Origin: an uncultured Gemmatimonadaceae bacterium
GTDB taxonomy: Bacteria > Gemmatimonadota > Gemmatimonadetes > Gemmatimonadales > Gemmatimonadaceae
Assembly: GCA_963761305.1 (NCBI GenBank)
Contig: CAVXGK010000002.1
Location: 768,001 to 832,000 of the forward strand
Length of the DNA: 64,000 nt
Reading direction: 5' to 3'
The translations under genes were made by a program, and so were the position numbers. Shown in pieces: positions 9,988 to 20,566 of the stretch; position 1 is the first letter of the stretch; each line of letters begins with the position of its first letter. The notes under the pieces are model-generated. The model worked only from the letters and a program-made list of their open reading frames with translations. It did not search any database and was not told the origin of the DNA.

Positions 9988-12081
9988 GTGAATACGGCGC
10001 CCGGCACAGCATCGCTCGGGCTCTGGCGCGGCATGTTGCTGTTCGCGCCGATCGTCCTGCTCGGCCACATCGTCGGGGCGTCGCTTCGCTACCCACAAAT
10101 CGGAAGCGCCGTCGTTTTTCCGCCGTACGCTGCGCTGACCGCGGTGCTGCTCTTGTCGCCCCGACGCGACTGGGGATGGTACGTCGCCGTGGAGGTCGTG
10201 ACGCACTTCGCGGCGAGTTGGCCGAAGTGGAGCGCATCGTGGGTCCTCCTCGCCGCCGTCGCCAACATCGCGCGGTCACTCGTCGCGGTCGCGATGCTGC
10301 GTTGGGCATTCAAAGGCCCTCGACAGTTCGAGGACGTGCCTGGCCTCGCGCGGTTCCTGTTCGCGGCGGTGCTCGTGGCCCCCGCGGCCGGCGCAACCAT
10401 CGGCGCCATGAACGTCGTCATTCACTCCGCGCCGCAAACCTATTGGCGGACGTGGGTCGAATGGTTCCTGTCCAACGCCCTCACCGGGCTCACGATTCTT
10501 CCCGCGCTGATGCTCGGCGCGACGTACGTCGCGCAGTCACGCCGCCCGCGCGTGAGCCGGGCGCAGCTCGTGGAACTCGCCGCGATCGCGGCATCATTGG
10601 TCCTGAGCTGCATCGTGGCCTTCCTGGTTCCCACCGGCAGCCGGTGGGAACTCGCGTTACGACTGTACGCGCCGTTGCCGGTGCTGATCTGGATGGCGCT
10701 TCGTTTCGGAACGGGAGCGGTCTCGCTGGGATTGACGGCCATCACGTTCGGTGCGATCTGGAGCGCCGATCGCGAGGCGGGACTGTTCTCGGCCGCGACG
10801 CCCGATGAGAACGTGCTGGTCCTCCAGCTGTTCGTGGCCGTCACGGCCGTCCCCGTGCTCTGCATCGCCGCCGTGAGCTCCGCGCGACGCGGTGTGGTGC
10901 AACTGCATGGCGCGCTGCTGGCCTCTCTCCAGGATCATGTGGCGATTCTTGACGCGGCAGGCAGCGTGGTCGAAGTCAACGGATCGTGGCGCCGCTTCGC
11001 GCACTCGTCGGCAGCGGTGGGCTTTCACCGTGTGCTGGTGGGCGCGAATTACCTGGACGCGTGTCGTCTCAGCGCCGATCGCGGCGACCCGATTGCCACG
11101 CGGGCGTTGGCGGGGGTGGCGCGCGTGCTGGCCCGCGAGGCCACTCGTGTCGAGATGGAGTACGACGATCACCTCCGCGGCCATCGACGCTACGCTCTGA
11201 GCTTCGAACCGCTCGAGGGCGGAGAGGGCGGCGCCGTCGTCACGCGTGCCGACGTGACGGCACGGTATCAGACGCAAATGCAGATGGAAGAGCAGCGACG
11301 CGAGCTGTCGCACCTCGCCCGCGTCACGGCCCTCGGCCAGCTCTCCGGGGCGCTGGCGCACGAGCTCAACCAGCCGTTGACGTCGATCTCCAACAACGCC
11401 GAGGCGGCGCGTCATCTGCTCAAACGCCATCCCCTCGACTTTCGCGAGATCGATGCGGCGTTGGGCGACATCTTGGCGCAGGATCAGCGCGCGGCGCAGG
11501 TCATCAAGCGTTTGCGCGCACTACTCGCTCGTGGGGAGACGCGCGTCCTCCCGCTCGACGCGGCCGAGTTGGTGGCCGACGTACTCGAGTTGGCGCACGC
11601 CGAGCTGATCAGTCGCGGCGTGTCCGCGTCGGCGGTGGTCTCGCGCGATTTGCCCGCGGTCCTTGCCGACCGCATCCAGGTCCAGCAAGTATTGCTCAAT
11701 CTCATCCTCAACGCGTGTGAGGCGATGCAAGCCGATGGCAGGCACCCGCGCCGGTTGTCGCTCATCGTCGTCGCGGACGCGAGCAACCACATACGTTTCT
11801 CGGTTCGGGATTCCGGCTCCGGCATTCCCGCCTCACTCAGCGATCACTTGTTCGAGCCTTTCGTGACGACGAAGAAAGAAGGCCTCGGCCTGGGTCTCTC
11901 GATTTCACGGACGATCGTCGCCGCGCACGGCGGCCGGATCTGGGCCGAGAACAACGCGGACGGCGGGGCGACCCTCCACTGCGTGTTCCCGAGCGCCAAA
12001 GTGCGAGGGTGCGGCGACGACTCACACCGAGGCGGCGCGGATCGCGCGCGGGCCGCCGGCAATCTGGCGGCATCGGCCTGA
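9988..12081 (+). CDS. MASE1-domain membrane sensor histidine kinase (PAS-HisKA-HATPase)
   Basis: Multi-TM N-terminus; LAHELNQPL H-box, QVLLNLILNA, DSGSGI and GLGLGLSI. The start position is uncertain. Confidence 0.88.
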   Translation: MNTAPGTASLGLWRGMLLFAPIVLLGHIVGASLRYPQIGSAVVFPPYAALTAVLLLSPRRDWGWYVAVEVVTHFAASWPKWSASWVLLAAVANIARSLVAVAMLRWAFKGPRQFEDVPGLARFLFAAVLVAPAAGATIGAMNVVIHSAPQTYWRTWVEWFLSNALTGLTILPALMLGATYVAQSRRPRVSRAQLVELAAIAASLVLSCIVAFLVPTGSRWELALRLYAPLPVLIWMALRFGTGAVSLGLTAITFGAIWSADREAGLFSAATPDENVLVLQLFVAVTAVPVLCIAAVSSARRGVVQLHGALLASLQDHVAILDAAGSVVEVNGSWRRFAHSSAAVGFHRVLVGANYLDACRLSADRGDPIATRALAGVARVLAREATRVEMEYDDHLRGHRRYALSFEPLEGGEGGAVVTRADVTARYQTQMQMEEQRRELSHLARVTALGQLSGALAHELNQPLTSISNNAEAARHLLKRHPLDFREIDAALGDILAQDQRAAQVIKRLRALLARGETRVLPLDAAELVADVLELAHAELISRGVSASAVVSRDLPAVLADRIQVQQVLLNLILNACEAMQADGRHPRRLSLIVVADASNHIRFSVRDSGSGIPASLSDHLFEPFVTTKKEGLGLGLSISRTIVAAHGGRIWAENNADGGATLHCVFPSAKVRGCGDDSHRGGADRARAAGNLAASA

Positions 12082-12524
12082 TGGACATGCCCCCGCCGAG
12101 GGTCTCGGTCGCGATCGTCGACGACGAGGAGTCCGTGCGCGTCAGCCTGCGACGGCTGTGTCACGCGCTCGGTCTCGACGCGACGGTGTTCGCATCGGGC
12201 CTCGAGCTTATCGATTTCCTCGAGGCGGGGGGGCGGGCGCCCGACTGCCTGTTGCTCGACGCGCACATGCCGGACATGACCGGCCTCGAGGTTCAGCATC
12301 GACTCGTGAACCGCGGGGAACGTTTCCCGGTCCTCATCTACACGGCCGACGACGCTCCCGAGGCGCAGGCGCGCTACCTCGCCGCCGGAGCCAGCGCCTA
12401 TTTGCGGAAGCCGCTCGGCAGCGACGAGTTGTTCGCGGCCGTCGCGCGCGCGATGAAGGGCATTCGCGCCGCGGCGACACCCACGTTCGCGCCGGGGCAG
12501 CGCCAGACGGTCGAGCGTTCCTGA
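12081..12524 (+). CDS. Single-domain response regulator (receiver only)
   Basis: IVDDE, LLDAHMPDMTG and YLRKP motifs. Confidence 0.9.
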   Translation: MDMPPPRVSVAIVDDEESVRVSLRRLCHALGLDATVFASGLELIDFLEAGGRAPDCLLLDAHMPDMTGLEVQHRLVNRGERFPVLIYTADDAPEAQARYLAAGASAYLRKPLGSDELFAAVARAMKGIRAAATPTFAPGQRQTVERS

Positions 12525-12545
12525 CGAGCCGCTAGCTTTGCGCGC

Positions 12546-13355
12546 ATGGCGAGCGCGGACTGGTGGACCGACTATTTCGACGCGCAGTACCTGCTCGAGT
12601 ACGAACCGCTGTTCTCTCCGGAGCGCGACCGCCGGGAGGTCGCGCGTCTCGTCGACGTGCTCGGCGTGCCGTCGGGGGCGCGAATTCTCGACGTTCCGTG
12701 CGGACAGGGGCGCCACGCCCATTTGCTCGCCGAAGCCGGCTTCGACGTCGACGGGTTCGACTACTCGGCCGATCTCCTGGCGCGCGCGCGCAAGCGCGGG
12801 ATGTCGTCGAGGCTTCGCTACCACCGCGGCGACATGCGATCGTTGCCGCCGGCGTGGACCGGTCGGTTCGACGTCGTTCTGAATCTCTTCACGTCGTTCG
12901 GTTTCTTCGCCGAACCAGCCGACGACCGTCGCGTGCTCGCGGAGTTCGCGCGCGTGCTCGTGCCCGGCGGTGTGCTCGTGTGGCACGGCGCGAGTCGAGA
13001 TGGCGTGATGGCCCGATTCCTCGGCCGCGATTGGTGGCAGACGAGCAACGGCACGCTCGTCGCCCACGAGCGGTCGTTCGACGCGCTTTCGGGAATCCTC
13101 ACCGTCAACACCGTCTGGGCGGGCGAAGACAATCGAGGCGAACGGGTGCATCGCATCCGCTTGTACTCGCCGACGCGTCTGGCCGAGCTGTGCGCCGATG
13201 TCGGGCTCATCGTCGAGCAGTCGTTCGACAGCTTTCGCGACCGTCCGCTCACGCGGCGCTCGAGCGAAATGATGCTCGTCGCCCGAAAAGACGATGGGTC
13301 TCACGCGCCGCGAGCCACGTTTCGTCCGTTGCCGCGACCGCGCCGCCGCCGCTAG
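12546..13355 (+). CDS. Class I SAM-dependent methyltransferase
   Basis: ILDVPCGQGRH, GDMR, FTSFGFF and LVPGG motifs. Confidence 0.92.
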   Translation: MASADWWTDYFDAQYLLEYEPLFSPERDRREVARLVDVLGVPSGARILDVPCGQGRHAHLLAEAGFDVDGFDYSADLLARARKRGMSSRLRYHRGDMRSLPPAWTGRFDVVLNLFTSFGFFAEPADDRRVLAEFARVLVPGGVLVWHGASRDGVMARFLGRDWWQTSNGTLVAHERSFDALSGILTVNTVWAGEDNRGERVHRIRLYSPTRLAELCADVGLIVEQSFDSFRDRPLTRRSSEMMLVARKDDGSHAPRATFRPLPRPRRRR

Positions 13356-13367
13356 CTTGAGAGCGCC

Positions 13368-13787
13368 ATGCGTCCCATTCGAGTTTTAGTAGCCAAGCCC
13401 GGCCTCGACGGCCACGATCGCGGCGCGAAAGTCGTCGCGGCCGCGCTCCGCGACGCGGGGATGGAAGTCATCTACACGGGTCTCCATCAGACGCCCGAGA
13501 TGATCGCCACCGCCGCCGTGCAGGAAGACGTCGATGTCGTCGGCCTGTCGATACTTAGCGGCGCCCACATGACGTTGTTTCCGCGGGTCCGCGAGCTGCT
13601 CCACGAGCAGGGCCGCGACGACATCCTTGTCACGGGCGGCGGCATCATCCCACGCGAGGACATGGATTCGCTCAAGGAGCAGGGCATCGGCCAGCTGTTC
13701 GGCCCCGGGACGAAGACGACCGATCTGATCGACTACATCAAGAAATGGTTCGCCGAGCGCGAGGAACGGCTCGGGCAGGAAGCGTGA
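13368..13787 (+). CDS. Cobalamin-binding small subunit of the acyl-CoA mutase
   Basis: [10 protein letters not shown] (DxHxxG), GLSILSGAH and GGGIIP motifs. Confidence 0.96.
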   Translation: MRPIRVLVAKPGLDGHDRGAKVVAAALRDAGMEVIYTGLHQTPEMIATAAVQEDVDVVGLSILSGAHMTLFPRVRELLHEQGRDDILVTGGGIIPREDMDSLKEQGIGQLFGPGTKTTDLIDYIKKWFAEREERLGQEA

Positions 13788-15394
13788 CGATCTCACGACT
13801 TCGCCACCTCAGCGCGGAAGTCCGGGAGCTCGAAGCACGGCTCAGGGAAGGCGGCGGAGCGGAGAAGGTCGCCCGCCAACACGCGCAGGGGAAACTCACC
13901 GCCCGCGAGCGCATCGAGCGCCTGTGCGATCCCGGTTCGCGTTTCGTCGAGATCGGCCTGCTCGTTGCCTACGACGAATACGAGGGGCAGGCGCCGGCCG
14001 CGGGCGTCGTCACCGGCATCGCCACCGTCTCTGACCGCCAGGTCGTCGTCGTCGCGAACGACGCGACCGTCAAAGCCGGTTCCTGGTGGCCCGAGACGAT
14101 CAAGAAAATGCTGCGCGCGCAGGAGATCGCGATGCGCTGCCGCATCCCGATCATCTATCTCGTCGACTCCTCGGGCGTGAACCTGCCGTATCAGGGCGGC
14201 GTATTTCCCGGACAGTACGGTGCGAGCCGCCTCTTCTATTACAACTCCATCATGCGGCGATATCTGCGGATTCCGCAGATCGCCGCGGTGATGGGCCCGT
14301 GCATCGCCGGCGGCGCGTATCTGCCCGCGCTCTCCGACGTCATCGTGATGGTGAAAGGCACGTCGTTCATGGGACTCGGCGGACCGAATCTCGTGAAGGG
14401 CGCGACCGGACAAGTGATCGACGCCGAGACGCTCGGCGGCGCGGTCACGCACACGGAAGTGAGCGGCGTGGCGCACTACGCAGCGGACGACGACGCGTCG
14501 TGCCTCGCCAAGCTGCGCGATCTCGTGGCGCGGCTTCCCAAACAGAAGCGAGCGGGTAACGGCGTCGTCGGCCCGACGGGCAAAGCCGACGCGCTCTACG
14601 ATCTGCTGCCCACGGACCACCGGATGTCGTACGACGTGCATGCGCTGTTGCGTGCGTTGGTGGACGGCGGCCAGCTCGACGAATTCCAGGGCGGCCTCGC
14701 ACGGGAGATGATCTGCGCCGACGCGCGGATCGACGGCGTTCCGGTCGGCGTGATCGCCAACGAGCGCGGTCTCATCAAGGGACGCGCCGGCGAAAAGCCG
14801 CGCTTCGGCGGCATCGTGTACACGGAGAGCGCCGAGAAAGTCGCGTACTTCATCGACCGCTGCGACCGCGAGCGAATTCCGCTGCTCTTCGTGCAGGACG
14901 TGTCCGGCTTCATGGTCGGACCCGAAGCCGAGCACGAAGGGATCATTCGCGCCGGCGCGCGCTTCGTCGAAGCGATGGCGACGGCGCGCGTGCCGAAGAT
15001 CGTGTTGACGGTCAACCACGCCTCCGGCGCGGGCTACTACGCCATGGCCGGGCAGGGCTTCGATCCGGATTTCATCTTCAGTTGGCCGACGGGTCGCATG
15101 GCGGTGATGGAGGGCGAGGCCGCGGTGCAAGCGGTGCACGGTCCGTCAATCGAGAAGGCCAAAGCCAAAAAGACCGAGGTCTCGTCCGACACGGCCGAGG
15201 CGATCGCCGAGATGCGTGCCGACTACGAGCACCAGCTCGACGCGCGCTTCGCCGGCGCTCGCGGCTTCATCGACGCCATTGTCTACCCCGAGGACACGCG
15301 CGACGTGATCGCCCTGGCGCTGCGCGCCGCGCTGCAAAATCGTGGGCCCCACCTCGGCCCGTTCGTTCTTCCCGCACACTTCGACGACGCATGA
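13784..15394 (+). CDS. Acyl-CoA carboxylase carboxyltransferase (beta) subunit, methylcrotonyl/geranyl-CoA carboxylase-like
   Basis: [25 protein letters not shown] and QDVSGFMVG motifs. Confidence 0.93.
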   Translation: MTISRLRHLSAEVRELEARLREGGGAEKVARQHAQGKLTARERIERLCDPGSRFVEIGLLVAYDEYEGQAPAAGVVTGIATVSDRQVVVVANDATVKAGSWWPETIKKMLRAQEIAMRCRIPIIYLVDSSGVNLPYQGGVFPGQYGASRLFYYNSIMRRYLRIPQIAAVMGPCIAGGAYLPALSDVIVMVKGTSFMGLGGPNLVKGATGQVIDAETLGGAVTHTEVSGVAHYAADDDASCLAKLRDLVARLPKQKRAGNGVVGPTGKADALYDLLPTDHRMSYDVHALLRALVDGGQLDEFQGGLAREMICADARIDGVPVGVIANERGLIKGRAGEKPRFGGIVYTESAEKVAYFIDRCDRERIPLLFVQDVSGFMVGPEAEHEGIIRAGARFVEAMATARVPKIVLTVNHASGAGYYAMAGQGFDPDFIFSWPTGRMAVMEGEAAVQAVHGPSIEKAKAKKTEVSSDTAEAIAEMRADYEHQLDARFAGARGFIDAIVYPEDTRDVIALALRAALQNRGPHLGPFVLPAHFDDA

Positions 15395-16791
15395 CCGCAC
15401 CGACGCAGATGTTCACGCGGGTGGCCCGACCGACCAAAGTGGTTCGGGTCGCCGCCGGACAGGGATTCTGGGGCGACTGGCTCGAGGCGCCGCGGCGGCA
15501 GGTCGAGGGTGGTCCGATCGACTACCTGATGCTCGACTACCTCGCGGAAGTCACGATGAGCATTCTGCAAAAGCAGAAAGAGCGCGACCCGAACATGGGG
15601 TACGCGCGCGACTTCGTGGGAGCGGTGGAGAGCGTGCTGGCCGGCGTCGCCGAGCGCGGCGTGCGCGTGATCGCCAACGCGGGCGGCGTGAATCCGCCGG
15701 CTTGCGCGGCGGCGGTGAGGCAGGTGGCGGTGAAGCACGGCGTGTCGGATCGCGTGCGCCTCGGCGTCGTCACGGGCGACGATTTGCTGCCGCGGCTGGA
15801 CGAACTGCTGTCGCAGGGGCACGCGCTCGCCAACATGGACACCGGCGAGCCGCTCTCCACGGTGCGCGATCGCGTGCTGTCGGCCAACGCGTACATCGGT
15901 TCGGTGCCGATCGTCGAAGCGTTGTCGCGCGGCGCGAACATCGTGATCACCGGCCGCTCGACCGACACCGCGCTCACGATGGCGCCGCTCCGTTTCGAGT
16001 TCGGCTGGCGGGCCGATGATTGGGACCGGCTCGCGGCGGGCATCATCGCGGGACACATCATCGAGTGCGGCGCGCAATGCTCGGGCGGCAACTGCCTCTA
16101 CGATTGGAAGAACATCCCCGACTTGGCGAACGTCGGCTATCCGATCGTCGAAGGCTCCGCCGACGGGACGTTCGTCATCGCCAAGCACCCGAACACCGGC
16201 GGCCGGATCTCGGTGCAGTCGGTCTCCGAACAGTTGGTCTACGAGATGGGCGACCCGCACTCGTACATCACGCCCGACGTCGTCGCCGACTTCACCACGA
16301 TTCGACTCGAGGCGGCGGGTGAGGACCGCGTGCGTGTGTTCGGCATCAAGGGCCGCCCGCCGACCGACAAGCTCAAAGTCTCGATCGCGTACCGCGCGGG
16401 ATTCAAGGCCGTCGGCACGCTGGTGTACGCGTGGCCGGACGCTCTCGCCAAGGCGCAGTCGGCCGACCGCGTGCTGCGCGAGCGCCTCGACCGGCTCGGC
16501 CTCGAGTTCGACTCGATCCTCACGGAATTCGTCGGCGCGTCGGCGACGCACGGCCGCCTTGCCGGCGACCCGCATGACCCGCCCGAAGTGCAGTTCCGCA
16601 TCGGCGTGCGCGGCGAAGATCGCGCCGCCGTCGAGCGGTTCACGCGCGAGATCGTGCCGCTCGTCCTCAACGGTCCGCCGACGGTGACGGGATTCGCCGG
16701 CGGACGGCCGAAAGTGGAGGAGATCGTGGCCTACTGGCCGGCGCTCATCGACAAACAGGTCGTGCGGACCAAGGTCGAGGTGCTCTCGTGA
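15391..16791 (+). CDS. AtuA family (DUF1446) protein, N-terminal part
   Basis: [34 protein letters not shown] and EQLVYE motifs. Confidence 0.9.
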   Translation: MTAPTQMFTRVARPTKVVRVAAGQGFWGDWLEAPRRQVEGGPIDYLMLDYLAEVTMSILQKQKERDPNMGYARDFVGAVESVLAGVAERGVRVIANAGGVNPPACAAAVRQVAVKHGVSDRVRLGVVTGDDLLPRLDELLSQGHALANMDTGEPLSTVRDRVLSANAYIGSVPIVEALSRGANIVITGRSTDTALTMAPLRFEFGWRADDWDRLAAGIIAGHIIECGAQCSGGNCLYDWKNIPDLANVGYPIVEGSADGTFVIAKHPNTGGRISVQSVSEQLVYEMGDPHSYITPDVVADFTTIRLEAAGEDRVRVFGIKGRPPTDKLKVSIAYRAGFKAVGTLVYAWPDALAKAQSADRVLRERLDRLGLEFDSILTEFVGASATHGRLAGDPHDPPEVQFRIGVRGEDRAAVERFTREIVPLVLNGPPTVTGFAGGRPKVEEIVAYWPALIDKQVVRTKVEVLS

Positions 16792-17144
16792 AAGTGCGAC
16801 TGGTCGACATCGCGCACGCACGCTCCGGCGACAAGGGCGACACGGCCAACGTCGGCGTGATCGCCCTCGAGGCGCGGTGGTATCCGGTGCTCGAGCGGTA
16901 CCTCACTCGCGAGCGAGTCGCACAGCATTTCGCCGGGCTCATCACGGGCAGCGTCGAGCGATATGAACTTCCGAATCTCAACGCGCTCAACTTCCTGCTC
17001 CACGGCGCGCTCGACGGCGGCGGCACGTTGTCGCTCAAGACCGACGCGCAGGGGAAGGTGTTCTCTACCGCGCTACTGCGCTTGGTTCTGGACGTGCCCG
17101 ACGCCGACGCCCGCGCCGCGGGCTTGACGTCGGAGTCCAGGTAA
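16788..17144 (+). CDS. AtuA C-terminal-like small protein
   Basis: [27 protein letters not shown] and DAQGK motifs. Confidence 0.88.
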   Translation: MKVRLVDIAHARSGDKGDTANVGVIALEARWYPVLERYLTRERVAQHFAGLITGSVERYELPNLNALNFLLHGALDGGGTLSLKTDAQGKVFSTALLRLVLDVPDADARAAGLTSESR

Positions 17145-17187
17145 GTCCGCTCGGCGATTCCACGGAGCGGACCACCACGCCGCGCCT

Positions 17188-17640
17188 CTATTTGCCCATC
17201 GCCGCTCCGAGTCGCACCACGACATGAAGCGTGCTATCCGCAAAAACCCCGGTTGCTCGACTCTGATCGGGATCTCGCGCGTAGAAGATCGATCCCACGC
17301 GCAACACCGCGAGCCTGGTGGTCGACGAAACAACGTGATCGAGTTGCGACGCCAGGCGCCTGCACACCGTACCATCGCTGACCGGCGACACGGTGACCTG
17401 GCCGGGTGAGTCGGGAATGCCCTGCTCGTGCCGGAGCTCGGCAATGAGCCGGCTGTCGCTGAACAAGATGTCCGCGACGTCCGCGCGAGCGCTGTCGAGA
17501 ACCGGCGCGGTCAGAGCACAGGGCTCCTGCTCGCGCACTTTGAGATCGGCGAACGCCCCGCGACTATCCTGCGCCGCGGCCACACTACTACCGACGGCAG
17601 AGATTGCCAACGATGCTACGAGCGCGACAGTCAGCTTCAT
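17188..17640 (-). CDS. Secreted hypothetical protein
   Basis: Signal peptide MKLTVALVASLAISAVGSSVAAAQ; two Cys residues. Confidence 0.65.
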   Translation of the reverse strand: MKLTVALVASLAISAVGSSVAAAQDSRGAFADLKVREQEPCALTAPVLDSARADVADILFSDSRLIAELRHEQGIPDSPGQVTVSPVSDGTVCRRLASQLDHVVSSTTRLAVLRVGSIFYARDPDQSRATGVFADSTLHVVVRLGAAMGK

Positions 17641-17781
17641 AATGGCCCTAATCCGGGACAGAGTCAGATGGCTGACTCGCAAGCCGAAGGCCGAGTCGGT
17701 GTGGGATGCGTCACTGTTCGTGCCCGATGGGCGCCGTTGGCCCGATTACTCGGCGCCAAATAGTCCGCTAACGTTCGCGGC

Positions 17782-17952
17782 GTGATCGAGATCAAGCGGC
17801 GCACCGAGATTCAGCTCGTGCTCGCGGCGATCGGGCTCGTCGTCTGGGGCTACGGCGCGCGCGCCGAAGATCCGCGGCGGCAGTGGATCGGCATCGGCTT
17901 CTTCGCCGCGGCGGCGGCGCTGAGGTTCTTCAAGAAGCGACCGGAAGGATAG
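17782..17952 (+). CDS. Small two-TM membrane protein (56 aa)
   Basis: MIEIKRRTEIQLVLAAIGLVVWGYGARAEDPRRQWIGIGFFAAAAALRFFKKRPEG; genome-typical codons; TAACGT 7 nt upstream. Not in the ORF track. Confidence 0.65.
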   Translation: MIEIKRRTEIQLVLAAIGLVVWGYGARAEDPRRQWIGIGFFAAAAALRFFKKRPEG

Positions 17953-18007
17953 GTCTCCGCATTCCGCCACCGCACTCGTTCCGCCATGGGCTTATTCTTC
18001 TACGGCT

Positions 18008-20506
18008 ATGGTGTCGCGACACGTTCCCGAGCTGCTCGCTCCCGCTGGTTCACTGGACGCCGTCCGCGCCGCCGTGGCCAACGGGGCGGATGCCGTTTAT
18101 CTCGGCGCAGCGCGGTTCAATGCGCGCGATGAGGGGGCGCAGCTCAGCCTGGACGAGCTCGCCGAGGCGTGCCGGATCGCCCACGAGCGACAGCGACGCA
18201 TCTACCTCACCCTCAACGTCCTCATCAAGCCCGCCGAGATGGTGGAAGCGCTTGCCTTCCTCGGTGAAGCGGTCGATCGCGGGATCGACGCCGTCATCGT
18301 CCAGGACCTCGGGCTCATTCGCCTGATTCAGGCGACCTATCCCGAGCTCGAGATTCACGGGTCGACCCAAACGACCGTGCACGACGAGTCGGGCGCGCGG
18401 GTGATGTTGGAACTCGGCGTCGATCGCGTGGTGCTCGCGCGCGAGAATACGCTCGACGACATCCGCGCGATTCGCGCGGCCGTGCCGGCGCTGGGACTCG
18501 AGTCGTTCGTACACGGCGCGCTCTGCATCGCGTACTCGGGGCAGTGCTTCATGTCGGGCATGATCTCCGAGCGCAGCGCGAATCGCGGCTCGTGCGCGCA
18601 GTCGTGCCGCAAGGACTACGTGCTGACCGATGCCGCAAACGGATCCGAGCTCGATCGCGGCTACCTCATTTCGGCCAAGGATCTCGCCGCGCACGAGCAT
18701 CTGCCGGCGATCGCCGACGCGGGCATCGTTTGCCTCAAGGTCGAAGGACGGAAGAAGAAGCCCGAGTACGTCGCCACGGTGACGAAGACGTATCGCGCGT
18801 TTCTCGACCGCGTCGAACGCGGCGACGACACGCCGGCGACGGTCGAAGAGGTTCAACCGCTGGTGCAGATCTTCAGCCGCGGATTCACCGGTGGCATGTA
18901 CGGCGGCCGCGCGGGGCGCGACTACGTCACGCGCACGCAACCCGACAATCGCGGGCTCGACCTTGGCGTCGTGGTCGGGCAGGAGCGCGGGGAGCTGCTG
19001 GTCGAGGTGTCGTCGCCGATTCGCGAAGGCGATGGGCTCGGATTCGAGGAGCCGGGTTCGCTCGGCGGCCCCACGATCGGTTTCACCGTCGCGAGCGTTC
19101 GCACGATCGCAACGCGGGGCGGCGTGAAGCAGGCGATCGAATCGCGCACGCGCGTGCCGGCGGGATGGCGGGTGATTCGCACGTCGGAAGCGGCGCTGCT
19201 GGCCGGCGCGCGGGCGAGTTTCGCGTCGATGAGCCGCGAAGTGCGTGAGCGGCGCGCTCGGCTCGACGTGCGGCTCTTCGGTTCGCATGGGACGCCGCTC
19301 AAAGCGGTGTTCACGTCCAACGGCGAATCGTCCACCGTGCGAAGCGACGCGACGCTCTCCCCGGCGACCAAGCGGCCGCTCGACGCCGAATTGCTGCGCG
19401 ATCAGCTCGGCCGCCTCGGCGAGACGCCGTTCTCGCTCGGCGCCGTCGACGTGCAGGGGCTCACATCCGGATTGTTTCTCCCGGTGAGCGAGCTGAATCA
19501 TCTCCGACAGAACGCGGTCGACGAGCTCACGCTGCGGCGTAACTGGGCGAGCGACGCGAGAATCGCCGAGCGTTCGTCGCATATCGAAGCCGCCGTCGCC
19601 GCGGTCGACGTCGGGACGGCGCGCGCGAACGACGAGCCGGCGCCCGAATGCCCGCGATTGACGGCACAGGTGTACCAGATCGACGACGCCGATCGCGCCG
19701 CGGCCGCCGGCGCGACGGAGATCTGCTTCGATCCCTTCCTCAGACATCCGTCGCCGCCGCTCGCGCGAGTGCGCGCGCTGCGCGACCGACTGGCCGACGC
19801 GGGCGTGACGCTTCGTCTCCGCACGCCCACCATCGTTCGCCCCGAAGAGCGACGGTCGATTCAGAAGTGGCTGGATCTCGACCTCCCGCTCCTCAGCGGG
19901 CATCTCGGGCTCGTGTCGGAGATGGGGCGCGCCGGCCGCGACGTCGTCGCCGACTACGCGACCAATGTCTTCAACGCGCACACGGCAGCCGAGGTGTTTC
20001 GCTTCGGCGCGCGGCGAATCGTGGCGTCGGTCGAGCTGACGGCGGACGAGCTCTCGCAGTTGGTCGCGCCGTGGAACGGGCGGGGGTTCGACGTGTTGCT
20101 CTTCGGCCGCCCCGAGGGGATGACGATCGAGCATTGCGTGCTGTCGGCCGCGTTCGAGCGCGAACCGACGACGTGCCGCGATCTCTGCGTGAAGAAACAC
20201 ACGAACGTCGAGCTCACGGATCCGACTGGCTACACGTTCCCTGTGGCGACTGACTCGGCCTGCCGAAACCGACTACTCCATTCACGTCCCATAGACGGAT
20301 CGGAATTTCTGCCGCGGTTGTGGCGCGCCGGCATTCGCGGATACCAGCTCGTGTTCAACGTGCCGGGCGATGACGTCGGGCAAATCGTGGCGCGCTATCG
20401 TGGGATGCTCGATGCGCTCGCCGCGGGGAACGAGCCCGACACGGCGGACGTTCGCCGGCTGCTCGGCACGTCGTTCACGCGCGGGCATTTCGCACGCGCG
20501 GTGTAA
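18008..20506 (+). CDS. Peptidase U32 family Fe-S protein, long RlhA-like form (possible 23S rRNA hydroxylase)
   Basis: PELLAPAG, GADAVY, HGALCIAYSGQC, RSANRGSCAQSCR and LKVEGR motifs. Confidence 0.88.
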   Translation: MVSRHVPELLAPAGSLDAVRAAVANGADAVYLGAARFNARDEGAQLSLDELAEACRIAHERQRRIYLTLNVLIKPAEMVEALAFLGEAVDRGIDAVIVQDLGLIRLIQATYPELEIHGSTQTTVHDESGARVMLELGVDRVVLARENTLDDIRAIRAAVPALGLESFVHGALCIAYSGQCFMSGMISERSANRGSCAQSCRKDYVLTDAANGSELDRGYLISAKDLAAHEHLPAIADAGIVCLKVEGRKKKPEYVATVTKTYRAFLDRVERGDDTPATVEEVQPLVQIFSRGFTGGMYGGRAGRDYVTRTQPDNRGLDLGVVVGQERGELLVEVSSPIREGDGLGFEEPGSLGGPTIGFTVASVRTIATRGGVKQAIESRTRVPAGWRVIRTSEAALLAGARASFASMSREVRERRARLDVRLFGSHGTPLKAVFTSNGESSTVRSDATLSPATKRPLDAELLRDQLGRLGETPFSLGAVDVQGLTSGLFLPVSELNHLRQNAVDELTLRRNWASDARIAERSSHIEAAVAAVDVGTARANDEPAPECPRLTAQVYQIDDADRAAAAGATEICFDPFLRHPSPPLARVRALRDRLADAGVTLRLRTPTIVRPEERRSIQKWLDLDLPLLSGHLGLVSEMGRAGRDVVADYATNVFNAHTAAEVFRFGARRIVASVELTADELSQLVAPWNGRGFDVLLFGRPEGMTIEHCVLSAAFEREPTTCRDLCVKKHTNVELTDPTGYTFPVATDSACRNRLLHSRPIDGSEFLPRLWRAGIRGYQLVFNVPGDDVGQIVARYRGMLDALAAGNEPDTADVRRLLGTSFTRGHFARAV

Positions 20507-20566
20507 TGGTCGGGCGCGCGGCGCTTCGATGCTGAGGTTCTCTCCGCTCGGCGCCACGCTAGACGC

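Noticed and set aside
18050..20200. Long antisense and alternate-frame ORFs here and throughout (e.g. 15283-16821, 41957-43570)
   Set aside because: These are shadow ORFs expected in high-GC DNA opposite well-supported genes.
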